Shown: in pieces, positions 33,201 through 48,400 of the stretch
Layout of the letters: every line of letters starts with the position of its first letter
Position numbering within the stretch: position 1 is the first letter of the stretch
Source: Isurus oxyrinchus
Lineage: Eukaryota
Assembly: GCA_026770705.1 (NCBI GenBank)
Contig: JANJGN010000021.1
Span: 100,254,001 to 100,318,000, forward strand
Direction of reading: 5' to 3'
DNA length: 64,000 nt
The notes under the pieces: generated by a model
What the model was told of the DNA's origin: nothing
Seen by the model: the letters and a program-made list of their open reading frames with translations, nothing else
The model's database searches: none
Program-made: the position numbers and the translations under genes

Positions 33201-35820
33201 GAGATTAAAAATCTGCATATCTCAGCCATGAATATACTTAATAACCCAGCCTCTATAGCCCTCTGTGGTAAAGAATTCCACAGAGTAACTACCCTCTGAG
33301 AGAAGAAATTCCCCCTCATTTGTACTTTAAATGGGTGCCTCCTTACTCTGAGATTATGCCCTCTGGTCCGAGACTCTCCCACAAGCGGAAACAACCTCTC
33401 AACATCTACCCTGACAAGCCCCCTAAGAATTTTATATGTTTCAATGAGCTTGCCTCTCATTCTTCTAAATTCCAATGAGTACAGGCCCAAACTACTCAAC
33501 CTCCATACCCGGGTTCAACCAAGTGTACCTACTCTGGACTGCCCCCAATCCCAGTAAATCTTTCCTTAGATAAGGGGACCAAAATCGTTCACAGTATTCT
33601 AGGATTATTCTAACTAGCGCCTTGTATAGTTTTAGCAAGACTTCCCTATTTTTATATTGCATTCCTTTTGAAACAAAGGCCAACATTCCATTTGCCTTCC
33701 CTATTACATGTTGAACTTGTATGCTAGCTTTTTGGGATTCATGCACAAGGACTCCTAAATCGCTCTGTGCTGCAGCCTTCTGCAGTCTTTCTCCATTTAA
33801 ATAATATTCAGCTCCGTTATTCTTCTATTCATAGTGCATAACTTTACATTTGCCCACGTTATATTCCATCTGCCAAATTTTTGACCATTCACTTAACATG
33901 TCTATATCCCAGCCTCACCACTTGCCTTCCCACCTATTTTTGGGTCATCCACAAACTTGGCGATAGTACATTCACTTCCCTCATCTAAGTTATTAATATA
34001 CATTGTAAACAATTGTGGCCCCAGCACTGATCCCTGTGGCAATCCACTAGTTACAGGTTGCCATCCTGAAAATGCCCCCCTTATCCCAGCTCTCTGTCTG
34101 CTATTAGTTAGTCAATCTTCTATCCATGCTCAGATACTACTCCCACATCATGGGCTCTTATCTCATTAAGTAGCCTTATGTGCGGTACCTTATCGAATGC
34201 CTTTTGGAAATCCAGATAATTACACCTACTGGTTCCTCTTTATCTATTCTGCTTGTTACCTCCTCAAAAAATACTAAATAAATTTGTTAGGCATGATTTC
34301 CCTTTCATGAAACCTGCTTGATTAGATTATGTATTTCTAAATGCTCTGCTATTACATCCTTTATAATAGATTTGCAGCACGTTCCCAATGACAGAAGTTA
34401 AGCTAACTGGCCTATAATTATCTGTTTTTTTTATCTCCCTCCCTTTTTGAATAAGGGTGTTACATTGGCCATTCTCCAATACTCTGGGACTTTTCCAGAA
34501 TCTAAGGATTCTTGGAAGATTACTACCAGCGCATCAACTATCTCTGTAATTACTTCCTTCAATATCTTAGGATGCAACCCAAAAGGTCCAGGGGATGTAT
34601 TGGCCTTTAGCCCCATTAGTTTCCTCAGTAATTTTTCTGGAATGATAGTTATTGTATTTATTTCCCACCACCCACTTATGCCCCTTGATTATTTAGTATT
34701 TCTGTTATGCTATTAGTATCTTCTACCATGAAGTCTGAAGCAAAGTATCTATTCAACTTCTCTGCTATTCCCTGATTCCCCATTAGTATTTTCCCAGCCT
34801 TGTTCTCTAAGAGGCCTATGTTCACTTTGACCACTCTCTTTCTTTTCATATATTTAAAGAAGCTCTTACTGACCATTTTTATATTACTTGCTAGCTTACC
34901 CTCTAAGTTTATTTTTTCCCTCTTTATTTATTTTTGGTGATCTTTTGGTTTTTAAAACTTTCCCAATCCTCTGGCTTACCACTAATCGTTGCTACATTGT
35001 ATGTTTCAATTTGGTACTGTCCTTAACTTCCTTGGTTAACCATGGTTGGTTTATCCCCTTCCTTAAATCCTTCTTCCTCCCTGGGATATATCTTTGTTAA
35101 GAGTCAGGAACTATTTTCTTAAATGTCTGCCATTGTTCATCAACTGTCTTTTCTGCTAAACTGCTTTCCCAGTCCACTCCAGCCAACTCTGCCCTCATTC
35201 CGTTGTAATTACCCTTATTTAAGTTTAGCACACTTGCTTCCAATCCAAGTTTCTCACTCTCAAACTGAATGCTAAATTCTGCTATGTTTTGGTCACTGTA
35301 TCCTAGGGGATCCTTTACTCTGAGATCATTTATTAAACCTGCCTCATTACACATTACTAGATCCAAAATAGCCTGATCCCTGGTTGGATTCACAACATAT
35401 TGTTCTAAGAAACTGTCCTGAATACACTCTATGAATTCTTGCTCGTGTCTACCTCTGCCAATTTGATTTCCTCAATCTACATGAAGATTAAATTCACCAT
35501 GATTAATGTATTTTTTTACATGTCCCCATTATCTCCAGATTTATTATTTGTCTACGGTATAGCTACTGTCAGGGGTCCTGTAGACTACTCCCAAGAAACT
35601 TCTTCACTCAGAGGGTGGTGAACCTGTGGAATTCTCTACCGCAGAGGCTGTGGGGGCCAAGTCACTGAATATATTTAAGAAGGAAATAGATTTCTAGAGG
35701 CATCAAGAGGTATGGGAAGAGAGCGTAAGTACAGAGTTGAGATAGAGAATCAGTGATGGTTGTATTAAATGGTGAAGCAGGCTTGAAGGGCCAAATGAAC
35801 CTTCTATTTCCTATGTTTCT
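33200..35820 (-). mobile_element. CR1 element (end of EN to 3' part) with an inverted 3' fragment at 35600-35820
   Basis: PTRDQAILDLV, SPGPFGLHPKILKE, LEYCERFWSP, FFSQRVVTLWNSLP. Confidence 0.85.
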
Positions 35821-36359
35821 AGAAACATCCAGAAGAACTTTGTCTTGGTTGTGGCATGCTGCTCAATTTCCTTAAGGGAGCAGAGTTTCCCAGAGTTTTC
35901 CCTGAATTTGGTTACTAGGGTTTAGTGTTGTAAATCTCCCAGGATTCTACACTGGTATTTGCAGGAAAGGGGTGGTGGCTGTGGTACTGATCCGATGAAA
36001 AACTCTGAGCAGTTCAGCGCGTCAAACCATAAGGAGATTTATTGATCTTGGGAGTGGGTGCAGCGTAGATATACCAGAATGAAACCCGCTCCCCAAGGGT
36101 TATTGATCTGATGAGTTTTCAATATATTAATGGATATGGCTGATAGAGAGAGCTGAGCAGCAATAAGGATATGATTCCTTTTCTGAGTTATTGCTTAGGC
36201 CTCAAATGGTGAGAGTGATAAAGAAGCAAATTCACAAGACAATACAGAAAATGATAGGGAGGGTAGAGTGGGGAAATTCAATTACCTGAATATCGATTGA
36301 GGTAACGTTAGAGTAAAGGTTAGGAGAGGGAACAATTCCTGAATGTTGATAAAAAGAGA

Positions 36360-37520
36360 GATTGCCCTTGACATCAATGCAGCATTTGACTGATTGTGGC
36401 ATCAAGGAGCCCTAGCAAAACTGGAGACAATGGAAATCAGAGGGAAAACTCTCCACTGGTTGGAGTCATACCTAGCACAAAGGAAGACAGTTGTGGTTGT
36501 TGGAGGTCAAGCATCTCAGTTCGAAGTCATCATTGCAGGAATTTCTCAGGGTAGTATTCTAGGCCCAACCATCTTCAGCTGCTTCATCAATTACCTTCCT
36601 TCCTTCCTTCATAAGGTCAGAAGTAGGAATGCACAATCTTCAGCACCATTCGCAACTCCTCTTATATTGAAGCAGTCCATGTCCAAATTCAGCAAGACCT
36701 GGACAATATCCAGGCTTGAGCTGAAAAGTGGCAAGTAACATTCGCACCACACAAGTGCCAGGCAATGATCATCACCAAAAAGAGATAACCTAACCATCGC
36801 CCCTTGATGTTCAATGGCATTACCATCACTGAATCCCCCACTATCAACATCCTGGGGGTTACCATTGCCCATAAACTGAACTGTACTAGCCATGTAATTA
36901 CTTTGGCTACAAGAGCAGGTCAGAGGTTAGGAATCCTGTGGTGAGTAGCTCAATGTTTGACTTCCCAAAGCAAGGCACAAGTCAGGAGTATGATGGAATA
37001 CTTTCCACCTGAAGATCAGCCATGATCTTATTGAATGGTAGGGCAGGCTCAAGGGGCCAAATGGTCTACTCCTGTTCCTTTTTCTTATGTTCTTGCCTGG
37101 AAATGTGCAGCTCCAACAATGCTCAAGAAGCTTGACATCATCCAGGACAAAGCAGCCTACTTGATTGGCATCCCTTCCACATTCACTCCCTCCACCACCA
37201 ATGCAGCAGGGTGTACGATCTACAAGATGACGTGCAGGAACTCATCAAACGTCCTTAGACAGAACCTTCCAAACTCATGACCACTACCATCTAGAAGGAC
37301 AAGGGAAGCAGACTCATGGGAACACCACCAGCTGGATGTTCCCCTCCAAACCTCTCACAATCCTGACTTGGAAATATATCGCCATTCCTTCAATATCACT
37401 GGGTCAAAATCTTAGAATTCCCTCTCTAACACCCTAAATGCAGCTCACCATCACCTTCTCAAGTAGGGATGGGCAATAAATGCTGGCCTAGCCAGCGAAA
37501 TCTACATCCTGCAAATGAAT
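36360..37520 (+). mobile_element. Family B non-LTR element, RT to 3' end
   Basis: LDINAAFD.LWHQG...GISQGSILGPTIFSCFIN. Confidence 0.8.
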
Positions 37521-37719
37521 TGAAAAACATACAGATGGAGACCTATCATGCCCCTGCCGGTTCTCTGAGGGGGCAACTCAGTTAATCTCACTGCCCTATC
37601 TTTTCCTTGTTGCCCTGATGTTTATTTTTTGTTGCGATGATTATCCAGTTCCTCCAGCATCTGGAGTAATGCTTTACGGATTCTAGCCACTTGCTTCATA
37701 TGTGTTTTATTATTCCTCA

Positions 37720-39080
37720 TGTACAAAGAACAAAGAAAAGTACAGCCCTCTAAGCCTGTGCCGATCATATTGCCTGTCAAACTAAGACATTTTGCACTTC
37801 CAGAATCCGTATCCCTCTATTCCCATCCTATTCATGTATTTGTCAAGCTGCCTCTTAAACACCGCTATTGTACCTGCTTCCAGCACCTCCTCTGGCAGTG
37901 AATTCCAGACACTCACTACCCTCCGCGTAAAAAACGTGCCCCGCACATCTCCTCTAAAGTTTTCTCCTCTCACCTTAAGTCTATGTCCCCTAGTAATTGA
38001 CTCTTCCACCCTAGGAAAAAGCTTCTGACTATCTACTCTGCCCATGGCATTCATAATTTTGTAAACTTCTATCAAGTCGCCCCTCGATTTCCATTGCTCT
38101 AGTGAGAGCAATCCAAGTTTCTCCAACCTCTCCTCATAGCTAATAACCTTCAGACCAGGCAGCATCCTGGTAAACCTCCTCTGCACCCTCTCCAACACCT
38201 CCATATCCTTCTGGTAAAGTGGCAAACAGAATTGCACGCAATATTCCAAGTGTGGCCCAACCAAGGTTCTATACAGCTGCAGCATGACTTCCCAGCTTTT
38301 ATACTCAATACACCTGCTGATGAAGGCAAGCATGCCATATGCCTTCCTGACTACCTTAACCACCTGCGATGCCACTTTCAGTGACCTGTGGAACTGTACA
38401 CCCAGATCCCTCTGCCCGTCGATGCACTTAAGGGTTCTGCCATTTACTGTACTAGACATTCCTACCTGTACTAGACATTCCAAAATGCATTACCTTGCAT
38501 TTGTCCAGATTAAACTCCATCTGCCATTTCTCCGCCCAAGTCTCCAATCGATTTATATCCCACTGTATCCTTTGACAATCCTCTTCACTATCTGCAACTC
38601 CTCCAACCTTAGTGTCATCTGCAAACTTACTAATTAGCCCAGTTACATTTTCCTCCAAATCATTTATGTATTCTACAAACAGCAAAGGTCCCAGCACTGA
38701 TCCCTGTGGAACACCACTAGTCACAGCTCTCCATTCAGAAAAGCACCCTTCCACTGCTACCCTCTGTCTTCTATGACCAAGCCAATACTGTATCCACCTT
38801 GCCAGCTCATCTCTGATCCCATGTGACTTTACCTTCTGTACCAGTCTGCCATGAGGGACCTTGTCAAAGGCCTTACTGAAATCCACGTAGATAACATCCA
38901 CGGCCCTTCCATCCTCAATCATCTTTGTCACTTCCTCGAAAAACTCGATCAAGTTAGTGAGACAAGACCTCCCCTTCACAAAACCATGCTGCCTCTCACT
39001 AATACGCCCATTTGCTTCCAAATGGTAGTAAATCTTGTCACGAAGAATCTTCTCCAATAATTTCCCTACCACTGACGGAA
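37720..39080 (-). mobile_element. Young CR1 RT/3' portion, one frameshift
   Basis: QHGFVKGRSCLTNL, DFSKAFDKVPH, GVPQGSVLGP and KFADDTK in ORFs 38452..39072 and 37782..38483. Confidence 0.92.
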
Positions 39081-39447
39081 GGCTAAATGTAGCCTTTGGT
39101 TTTATTGCCTATCACCTTAAGTCTGGTTCTGGACCCTTCCGCCAATGGGAACTATTTTTCCCGATCTACCATGTCTAGACCCCTCATGATTTTGAGCATT
39201 TTGAAAACAGAGGGCGATAGATTTTGGGGCACTGAAATAACTGGGAATATGGGAACATGGTGCCAAAGATCAGCCATGATAATTATTGAATAGGGGAGCA
39301 GGCTCGACGGGCCGCATGTTCTTCCCCTGCTCCAGTTCCCAATGCTTGAATTCCAGTGAATTTACAAAGCAAGGCGCGGTGGGTTGCTCTCTTCTGCAAG
39401 CATGGACTAAAAAGACGATCGAAGGCAAAAGGGGCCTAACACCAAAC

Positions 39448-42400
39448 CTAGTGGAAAAAAATGTTGGTGGCTGATTCTTTGCAGTTTCGTAAATTTTGTT
39501 CCACACCGCAGCCTGCTTGTTTAGTTTCGCACCTGTTAAAACACATTTCCGTCATCTGTAAATTTGACTAACTCGCCATGATGTATTTATAGGACATGAT
39601 CTGCAAGTTTATGAAGTTCTCACTGTGAGGTGAACAGTTTAAGCTCGGCAGCAAAGCACATTAGCTTTCCTAGTTCAAACACACACTCTGCACAGTCCTT
39701 TCTCACATTCACAGCCCCAGTCAACCAGATGCACCCTCGATGCAGTTAGAGATATATAGATATGTGCATGTATACGCAATGGAACAGATCCTTTAAACTA
39801 AACAGCACGACAGACATGTTAGATGAACAGGAAAGGGAACGTTTGACCTCGTACACGTGATGTAAAGATAGGGAACAGACAGGGAACACGCGGGGTGTTA
39901 CAGCGTAATGGACTTCTCAATTAGTTATAGGTTGGAGTTTTTAATCTAAAATGCACCAGTAATATTTCTAACTAGCGGCGCTGGGTAACTATTGACAACA
40001 AGGTAATGCCGATTTTAACGCCGAGGCGTCTAGCCAACTCATAGCCGACCAGTTGGCCGGTCTTAGACTGGAACGCATACACAGACCCCCATAAGAACAG
40101 AAGGAATGCGAGCTTTCGGCCCCTCCACCCTTCTCCAGCATTCAACAAAATCATGGATAATCTGATCGTGCTCTGAACTCCACTTCGTTGCCTGACCGCA
40201 CCCCCCCCCCCCCCCCCCCCCCAGCTGCCAAACTCTTAAAAATTTTATAGTACGGAAAGAGGGCCTCTCGGCCCATCTTGACCCCGGGAAGATTTAAAGT
40301 CGGAGTCACTCAGTTTTGATTGTACTCAGTGACCCAACCTCCGCTGCTCCAAAGATTAGCAAGCCTCTGGTTGAAGAAATTCCTCCTCGTTTCTGCCTTA
40401 AATTGGAGATGGCTTATTCTAAAATAAATTCACGGTATCGAATTCAGACAACAGTTGCTTCAAACAATGTAATAACAGGTGGATTTTTTTTTGCATGCCC
40501 TGCATTACCTGCCAAGATGGTTTGAAAACTGGGCTGGGGGTATTTCTGAAGAGGAGACGAGTTGCTTTTACTGTGGCAGCATCAGACGTTTCTGCGCATT
40601 GCATTTTTAAAAAAAATCATTCACGGGATGTGGGCTTCGCTGACTGGGACAGCATTTATTGCCCATCCCTAGTTGCCCTTGAGGTGGAGGTGGTGAGCTG
40701 CCCTCTTGAACTGCTGAATTGCAAATAAAAAGCCAGAAAATGTTGCAAATTCTCAGCAGGTCAGCAGCATCTGCGGGAAGAGAAGCGGGATAAACATTTC
40801 GGGTATGCAAACTTTCATTAGAAATGGAGAAAGTTAGAAATGCAATAGGTTTTAAGCAAGTGAGCTTGCACACGAGCAGGGGAGAGACCTGATCTTGAGT
40901 GAGACACAGCCAGAGTGAGTGTGGGTATTGGCAATCTGGTGCACAGTGGGAATTCGGTGAATAGGGGAAGAGCTCTTTGCACATTTTCTTTGCTATCCAA
41001 CTTCTTAAATCTTCAGAGAGGGATCTTGCCCTGCTGCAGCAGTGGAGGCTACAAGGGAGAGAAATGACTGGTAAGTAGTGGGTAAGATCGGGTGAATATT
41101 TACTACTTTTATCACACAGTTTAAGGACTTTTTTGTGGTTTATAGCTATATATTCTGTAGTAATGAGGATCAGGAAAGAAGGGCCCTAGAGTAATTGATT
41201 TATAAGGTTTAATTTAAAGGGATAAATCATGGCTGGAGACTTCAAAGCTGTGGTGTGCTCCTCGTGTTCCATGTGGAAAGCTGGGAACATTTCTAGTGCC
41301 CGGGACCAGCATGTGTCCAGGAAGTGTGTCCAGCTGCAGCTCCTGGAAGCTCGGGTTTCAGAACTGGACCAGCGGTTGGGGACACTGTGGAACATCCGCG
41401 AGTCTGAGAGCATCATGGATAGCACATTTAGAGAGGTGGTCACACCGCAGATGAAGGGACCTGAGGAAGGAAGGGAATGGGTGACCACCAGGAATCAAGA
41501 GAAACAGGCAGGGAGTTCAGGAGTCCCATGGGGTCCTGCTCACAAATCGGTATTCCATTTTGGAGGCTGATAAGGGCGTTGATTCCTCCAGGGAGTGCAG
41601 ATGGAGCCAAGCTTCTGGCACCACAAGTAGCCTGTCTGTACAGGAAGGGAGGAAGAGAGGAAGAGCATAGTAATACGGGATTCTATAATCAGGGGAACAG
41701 ATAGGCACTACCGTGGGCATCAACATGACTCCAGGATGCTATGTTCCCTCCCTGGTGCCAGGGTCCAGGATGTCACTGAATGGCTGCAGGGCATCCTGAA
41801 GGGGGAGAGTGATAAAACAGAGGTCTTGCTACATGTTGGTACCAATGTCATAGGCAGACAGAGGGATGAGAGTTTGCATTAATAATTCAGGGAGTTAGGC
41901 AGTAGACTATAAAAAGCTAGACCTCTCAGATTTTAATCTCTGGATTACTCTCAGTGCCATGTGCTGACGAGCACAGAAATAGGAGAATAGCGCAGATGAA
42001 TAGATGGCTTAAGAGTTGGTGCAGGAGGGATGGTTTTAGATTCCTGGATCACTGGAACTGTTTCTGGGAAAGGTGGGACCTGTGCAAGCGGAACAGTCTA
42101 CATCTGAACCAGAGCAGGACTAACATCCTTGCAGGCGTGTTTGCTAGTGCTGTTGGGGGGTGTTTAAACTAATTTGGCAGGGGGAGGGGACACAGAATGT
42201 TAGCAGAATAGGGACACATCATAATACAGTAAAACAATCAAGTCAGAGGCAGTACAGCTGCATTAAGTTTCAAAGGGGTAAGGCAAGGCTGGATGGCCTC
42301 TACTTTAGTGCCAGGAGTATTGCAGGTAAAACAAATGAGTTAAGGGTAAGGATTGACCTGTGAGTTGTAATATAGTAGCCATCACAGAGATGTTGAGGAA

Positions 42401-45400
42401 ATGGGAGGATTGGCAGCTCAACATTCCAGGATATAGAATCTTCAGGCGAGACAGGTGAAGGGGTAAAAGAGGAAGTGACATTGCATTATTAGTTAAGAAA
42501 ACAGCTAATGCAGCAAGGAGAGATGATATCTTGGAGGGGCATTGAATGAAGCTTTGTGGGTAGAGCTTTGGAATAACAAAAGGGGCAGCCACATTTTTAG
42601 GTGTTTATTATAGACCCCCAGATAGTCAGCAGGAAATTGAGGAAGAAATATATGTACAGAGAATCTATCTCCAGTTGGAGAGGTAAAGTTTGATCAGGGA
42701 CAGTCAGCATGGCTTTGTCAGAGGGAGGTCATGCATAACAAAATTGATTTATTTTTTGTGGAGGTGACCATGTGTGTAGATGAGGGTAGTGCAGTTGATG
42801 TAGTTTATATGGATTTCAGCAAAGCCTTTGGTAAGGTCCCACATGCCTTATAAAAAAGGCAAATACACATGGAATACAGGGTAATTTGATAAGATGGATT
42901 CAAAATTGGCTTAATTGTAGGAGACAGAGGGTGTTGACAGAACGATGCTTTAGTGACTGGAGGCCAGTGTCCAGTGGCATACAACAGGGATCTGTGCTTG
43001 GTCCCCTATTACTTATCATTCATATAAACAACATAGATTACTATGTGGGGGGTAGGATTAGTAAGTTTGTGGATGACACAAAAATTGGCCAGGTGGTTAA
43101 CAATGAGGTTGAGTGTCCTGGGCTAGAGAAAGATATAGACAGGATGGTCAAATGGGCAGATAAGTGGCAAGCGGATTTAACCCTGCAAAGTGAGAGGTGA
43201 TACACTTTGGAAGGAGTAATTTGACAAGGAAGTGTTCAATGAACGGCATGACACTAGGAAGTTCTGAGGGACAAAGGGACCTTGGCATGTGTGTCCATGG
43301 ATCTCTTAAAGTGGAGGGGCATGTTAGTGGGGTGGAGAAAAAGGCATAAGGGACACTTGCCTTTATCAATCGAGGTATAGTTTACAAAAGTTGGGAGGTC
43401 ATGTTGGAGTTATATAGAACCTTGGTGATGCCACAGCTGGAGTACAGTGTGCAGTTCTGGTCACCACATTGTAGGAAGGATGTGATTGTACTGGAGGGGG
43501 TGTAGAGGAGGTTCATCAGGATGTTGCCTGAGAAGAAACATTTAAGTTATAAAGAGAGGTTGGATAGACTTGGGGCATTTTTGTTGGAGCAGAGAAGATT
43601 AAGGGGCGACCTGAACAAGGTGTACAAGATTATGAGGGGCATAGACAGGGTGGCTAGGGAGCAGCTGCTCCACTTAGTTGAAGGGTCAGTCATGAGGGGA
43701 CACAAGTTCAAGGTGAGGGGCAGGAGGTTTAGGGGGGATATGAGGAAAAACTTTTTTAAAGCTTTTGTCACTAAATCTCCCCTTTACCCTCCTCTATCAA
43801 AGACTTTCCCTTCAATGCTTTCACAATCGTCACCGCAATACCCCCGGCTCCTCGCCCCCTCCCCCCCACGCCCCTCACTTCACAGAATCACAGTGCAGAA
43901 GAGGCCATTCGGCCCATCGAGTCTGCACCAACACTTGAGAAACACCTGACCTTCCTACCTAATCTCATTCCCCAGCATTTGGCCCATAGCCTTGAATGTT
44001 ATGACGTGCCAAGTGCTCATCCAGGTACTTTTAAAAGGATGTGAGGCAACCCGCCGCCACCACCCTCCCAGGCAGCACATTCCAGACCATCACCACCCTC
44101 TGGGTAAAAAGGTTTTTACCAGCCTCCAGCCTCCTCTTTCTGTACTCCACTACTGCCTCCGCTGAATTGCTTCCCTTGTACCTGCTAAAAGCCTTTCTTT
44201 TCCTTCCCATCGTAACTTGAATATCTCTGGCCACCTATGGTTGTCTGGGCTTGTTATTCATTCCTATCACCCTAAAGGGAACATGTTGAGCCTGTACCCT
44301 CCCCATTTCCTTTTTGAATGCCCCCCCCCCACCCCACCCCCCACTGCTCCTCTGTAGATTTCCCCACAAGTAGCTGTTCCCAGTCTACCTTGGCCAGATC
44401 CTGCCTTATTTTATTAAAATCCACTCTCCCCCAATCCAAAACGTTTTTTTACAACTTATCTATTTCTTTGTCCATAAAAAACTTATACTGTACCATGTTG
44501 TGGTCGCTATCACTAAAATGCTAACCCACCAGCACCTCAGCCAAATGTCTGGCTTCATTCCCCAAAATTAGGTCCAGCAATGCGCCGTCCCTTGTTGGAC
44601 CCTCTATATATTGACCTAAAATGTTCTCCTGTACACATTTCAAGAAATCCACTCCAACCAAGCCCTTAACACTATGTCTATCCAAATTAATGTTGGAAAA
44701 GTTGAAATCACCTCATATAATTACTCATTTGTTGTTGTTTTTACACTCCTCCACAAATTGTGCACATATTTGCTCTTCAATTTCCCGCTGACTATCTGGG
44801 GGTCTATAATAAACACCTAACATTGTGGCTGCCCCTTTTTTATTCCTAAGCTCTACCTACAAACCTTCATTCGTTGCCCCCTCCAAGATGTCTTCTCCCC
44901 TTGCTGCAGTAACTTACTCCTTAACTAATAATGCAATGCCTCCTCCTCATTTACCCCTTCCACTGTCTCACCTGAAGATTCTGTATTCCAGAATGTTGAG
45001 CTGCCAATCCTGCCCCTCCCTCAACAATGTCTCAGTGATGGCTGCTATATCCAATTCCATGTGTCAATCCTCACCCTTAACTGATCTGTTTTACCTGTAA
45101 TACTCCTGACATTAAAGTAGAGGCCAACCAGCCTTGACTTACTCCCTTAAAACATAATGCAACTGTACTCCCTCTGACTTGATTGTTTTACTGTATTACA
45201 GTGTGTCCCTTTTCTGCTAACATTCTGTGTCCCCTCCCCCTGCCGAATTAGTTTAAACTCCTTGCAACAGCACTAGCAAACCTGCCCACAAGGATGTTAG
45301 TCCCGGTCTGGTTCAAATGTAGACCGTTCTGCTTGTACAGGTTCCGCCTTCCACGAAATGGTCCCAATGATCCAGAAATTTAAAACCCTCCCTCCTGCAC

Positions 45401-48400
45401 CAACTCTTAAGCCATGTATTCATCTGCACTATTCTCCTATTTCTGAGCTTGCTGGCACAGGGCACTGGGAGTAATCCAGAGATTACAATCCGAGAGGTCT
45501 TGCTTTTTATAGTCTACTGCCGAACTCCCTGAATTATTGATGCAAGACCTCATCCCTCTTTCTGCCTATGTCATTGGCACCAACATGTACCATGACCTCT
45601 AATTTATGACCCTCCCCCTTCAGGCTGCCCTGCAGCCATTCAGTGACATCTCAGACCCTGGCATCAGGGAGGCAACGTACTATCCCCTAGTCATGTTGAT
45701 GGCCACAGTAGTGCCTATCTGTTCCCCTGAGTATAGATTCCCCTATTACTCTTGCTCTTCCTCTCTTCCTCCCTTCCTGTACAGACAGGCTGTTTGTAGT
45801 GTCAGAAGCTTGGCTCTGTCCTCACTCCCTGGGGGAACCAACACCCTCATCAGCCACCAAATTTGAATACCAATTTGTGAGCGGGATCCCAGGGGACTCC
45901 TGAACTCCCTGCCTGTTTCTCTTGGACTGCCTGGTGGTCACCCATTCCCTTCCTTCTTCAAGTCTTTACAGCTGCAGTGTGACAACCTCACAAAGTGTAC
46001 TACTCACAATGCTCTCAGACCCGCAGATGCTCCAAAGTGTCCCCAGCCATCGTTCCAGCTCTAAAACCCGAGCTTCCAGCAGCTGCAGCTGGACACACTT
46101 CCTGCACACATGCTGTTCCCAGGCACTGGAAATGTCCCCGGCTTCCCACATGGAGCACGAGGAGCACACTATGGCTTTGAGCTCTCCTGCCATGACTTAC
46201 CCCTTTAAATTAAACCTTTTAAATCAATTACTCTAGGGCCCTTCTTTCCTGATCCTCGTTACTATAGAATATACAAACTATAACCCACAAAAAGACTTTT
46301 AACTGTAAGTGATAGAAGTAGTAAATACTTACCCAACCTTACCCACCACTTACCAGTCAATCCTTTCCCTTGTAACCTCTACTGCTGCAGCAGGGCAAGA
46401 CCCCTCTCTGAAGATTTAAGAAGTTGGATAGCAAAGAAAAAATGCAAAGAGCAGTTCTTCCCCTATGCACCAAATTCCCACTGTGCATCAAATTGCCAAT
46501 ACGCACACTCACTCTGGCTGTATCTCACTCAGGGTGAGCTCTATCTCCTGTTCGTGTGCAAGCTCAACTGATAGAGTTATTGCTCAATTGGCTTTGGAAC
46601 TCCCTGCCTCAGAAGGCGATGGAGGTGGGGTGATGGATTCTTGTTAGGCAAGTGAATCAATCAAAGGTTATTGGGGTAGTTGGGATTGTGGAAATTGAAA
46701 CACAGGCAGATCAGTCATGATCTTATTGAATGGCAGACCAGGCTCAAAGGGTCAAATGGGCTACTCCTATTCCTATTCCTATTTCTTATGTTCCTATGAT
46801 TGAATGACCAAGTATTGATTAATTGACTGACAACCATTTCGACTGAAGGTTAATTGAGAATTGTTTGGTTGCTTTATAATCAATTTGGGGATTCGTTTTT
46901 TGACTGATTAGTGGATATATATTACATGATCAAAGACTAATTGATCATTTAATTGGTCAAATGACAGATTGAAGTTTTCCCAATTGGTTGGCGATTGATT
47001 GTTTGAAAATCTATCTGGTTCACTAATGCCTTTTGGAGAAGGAAATCTGCCATCCTTACCTACCTGGCCTACCTGTTGTTATGGGAGCAGACTAACGGTA
47101 CAAATTGCCTACAAAAAAAGTGAACTTTTTGAGGAAGAATTATATTTATGTTAAAAAAGAACACAAGTAAAGACACCAAGCAAAATATGTCTGGTAACGT
47201 AAGGTGACAACTTACTGGAAAGTCCCTGTGTGGATTATACTTGACTAACTGGTCTTGGAAGCACATGGAATGTCGCACCTGAAAGGTGTCATGGGCTTCT
47301 TCATACAGTGACACTTGAAAAGGGGATAGGGAAGCTGAAAAAGACTGAACTTTAATCCCCTGTGTTTGCTGGACTAGAGTATAATAAATGTTCCTAATCT
47401 TTCTACTCGATAATCAGTCATCCAGCAAATTAATTGCAACTTCATATTTGTGTTAATCACAACAACTAGCCATACAAAGCAAGACACTTTATCATGGATT
47501 AATTACTGTACTTAGTCCACGTTTGAAGATACCTTATACACATGCATCCTTTCCTGTGTAGCACTTCCATGGAAGTTGTCGCTTTGCTCCAGTTTCATCG
47601 AAACAGGGATGGAAACCCCAAGAAACGTCATGAACGTTAAAATCATTAAGGGTTTATCAATAAAAGTATTTTGAGTTAATGTTGATCAATAAGATTGTTT
47701 GGTTAGCAAGGCCAGCAAAACGATACAGCACAATTCATGCTAATAGGCCATTTTAGAACGAGCTTCCTAAATACAGGGAAATGGAAACATCGGAAATTTA
47801 CGCCACAGAAGGCCATTCTCCCCATCCTGCCTGTGCTGCCCAAGAAAGAACGATCCTCACTTTCCAGCTCTTGATCGTAGCCCTGCAGGCTCCCTCACTT
47901 CCAAGTGCTTAGCTGAACGCTTACTTAAAGTGAAGTGGGAGTTTCTGCCTATACCATCCTTTCAGGCAGTGAGCTCCAGACCCCCACTGCCTTCTGGATG
48001 AAAATTAACCTCCTCAATCACCCACCACACTCCCACCTCCCCTTTAATCCTTTCCACCAATTACGTTGAATCTATGCTCCCTGACTATAGACCTCCCTGC
48101 TAAGGGATTTAGGCACTTGCTGCCCAATCCAGCTGGGCCAATTTTATCCGCCTCATTCTGAACAGAGGCAAATCTCTGTCATTCTATAAACTTCTACATC
48201 AGATGTAAGCTTCCCCAATGTTTTCTGATTCTGCACTGTTAAACAGCAGATGAAGCGAGCATTCAGAAAGCAAAACATAGAAACGAGGGATAATAGTAAA
48301 GTATATAGCATTGTGTCATTTAATACACGGTCCCCCCGGCTGTGTGCCTTTCATTTTCCGCATTGAGTGAACTATTCTAGACAAACTTGCATTTATTTAG

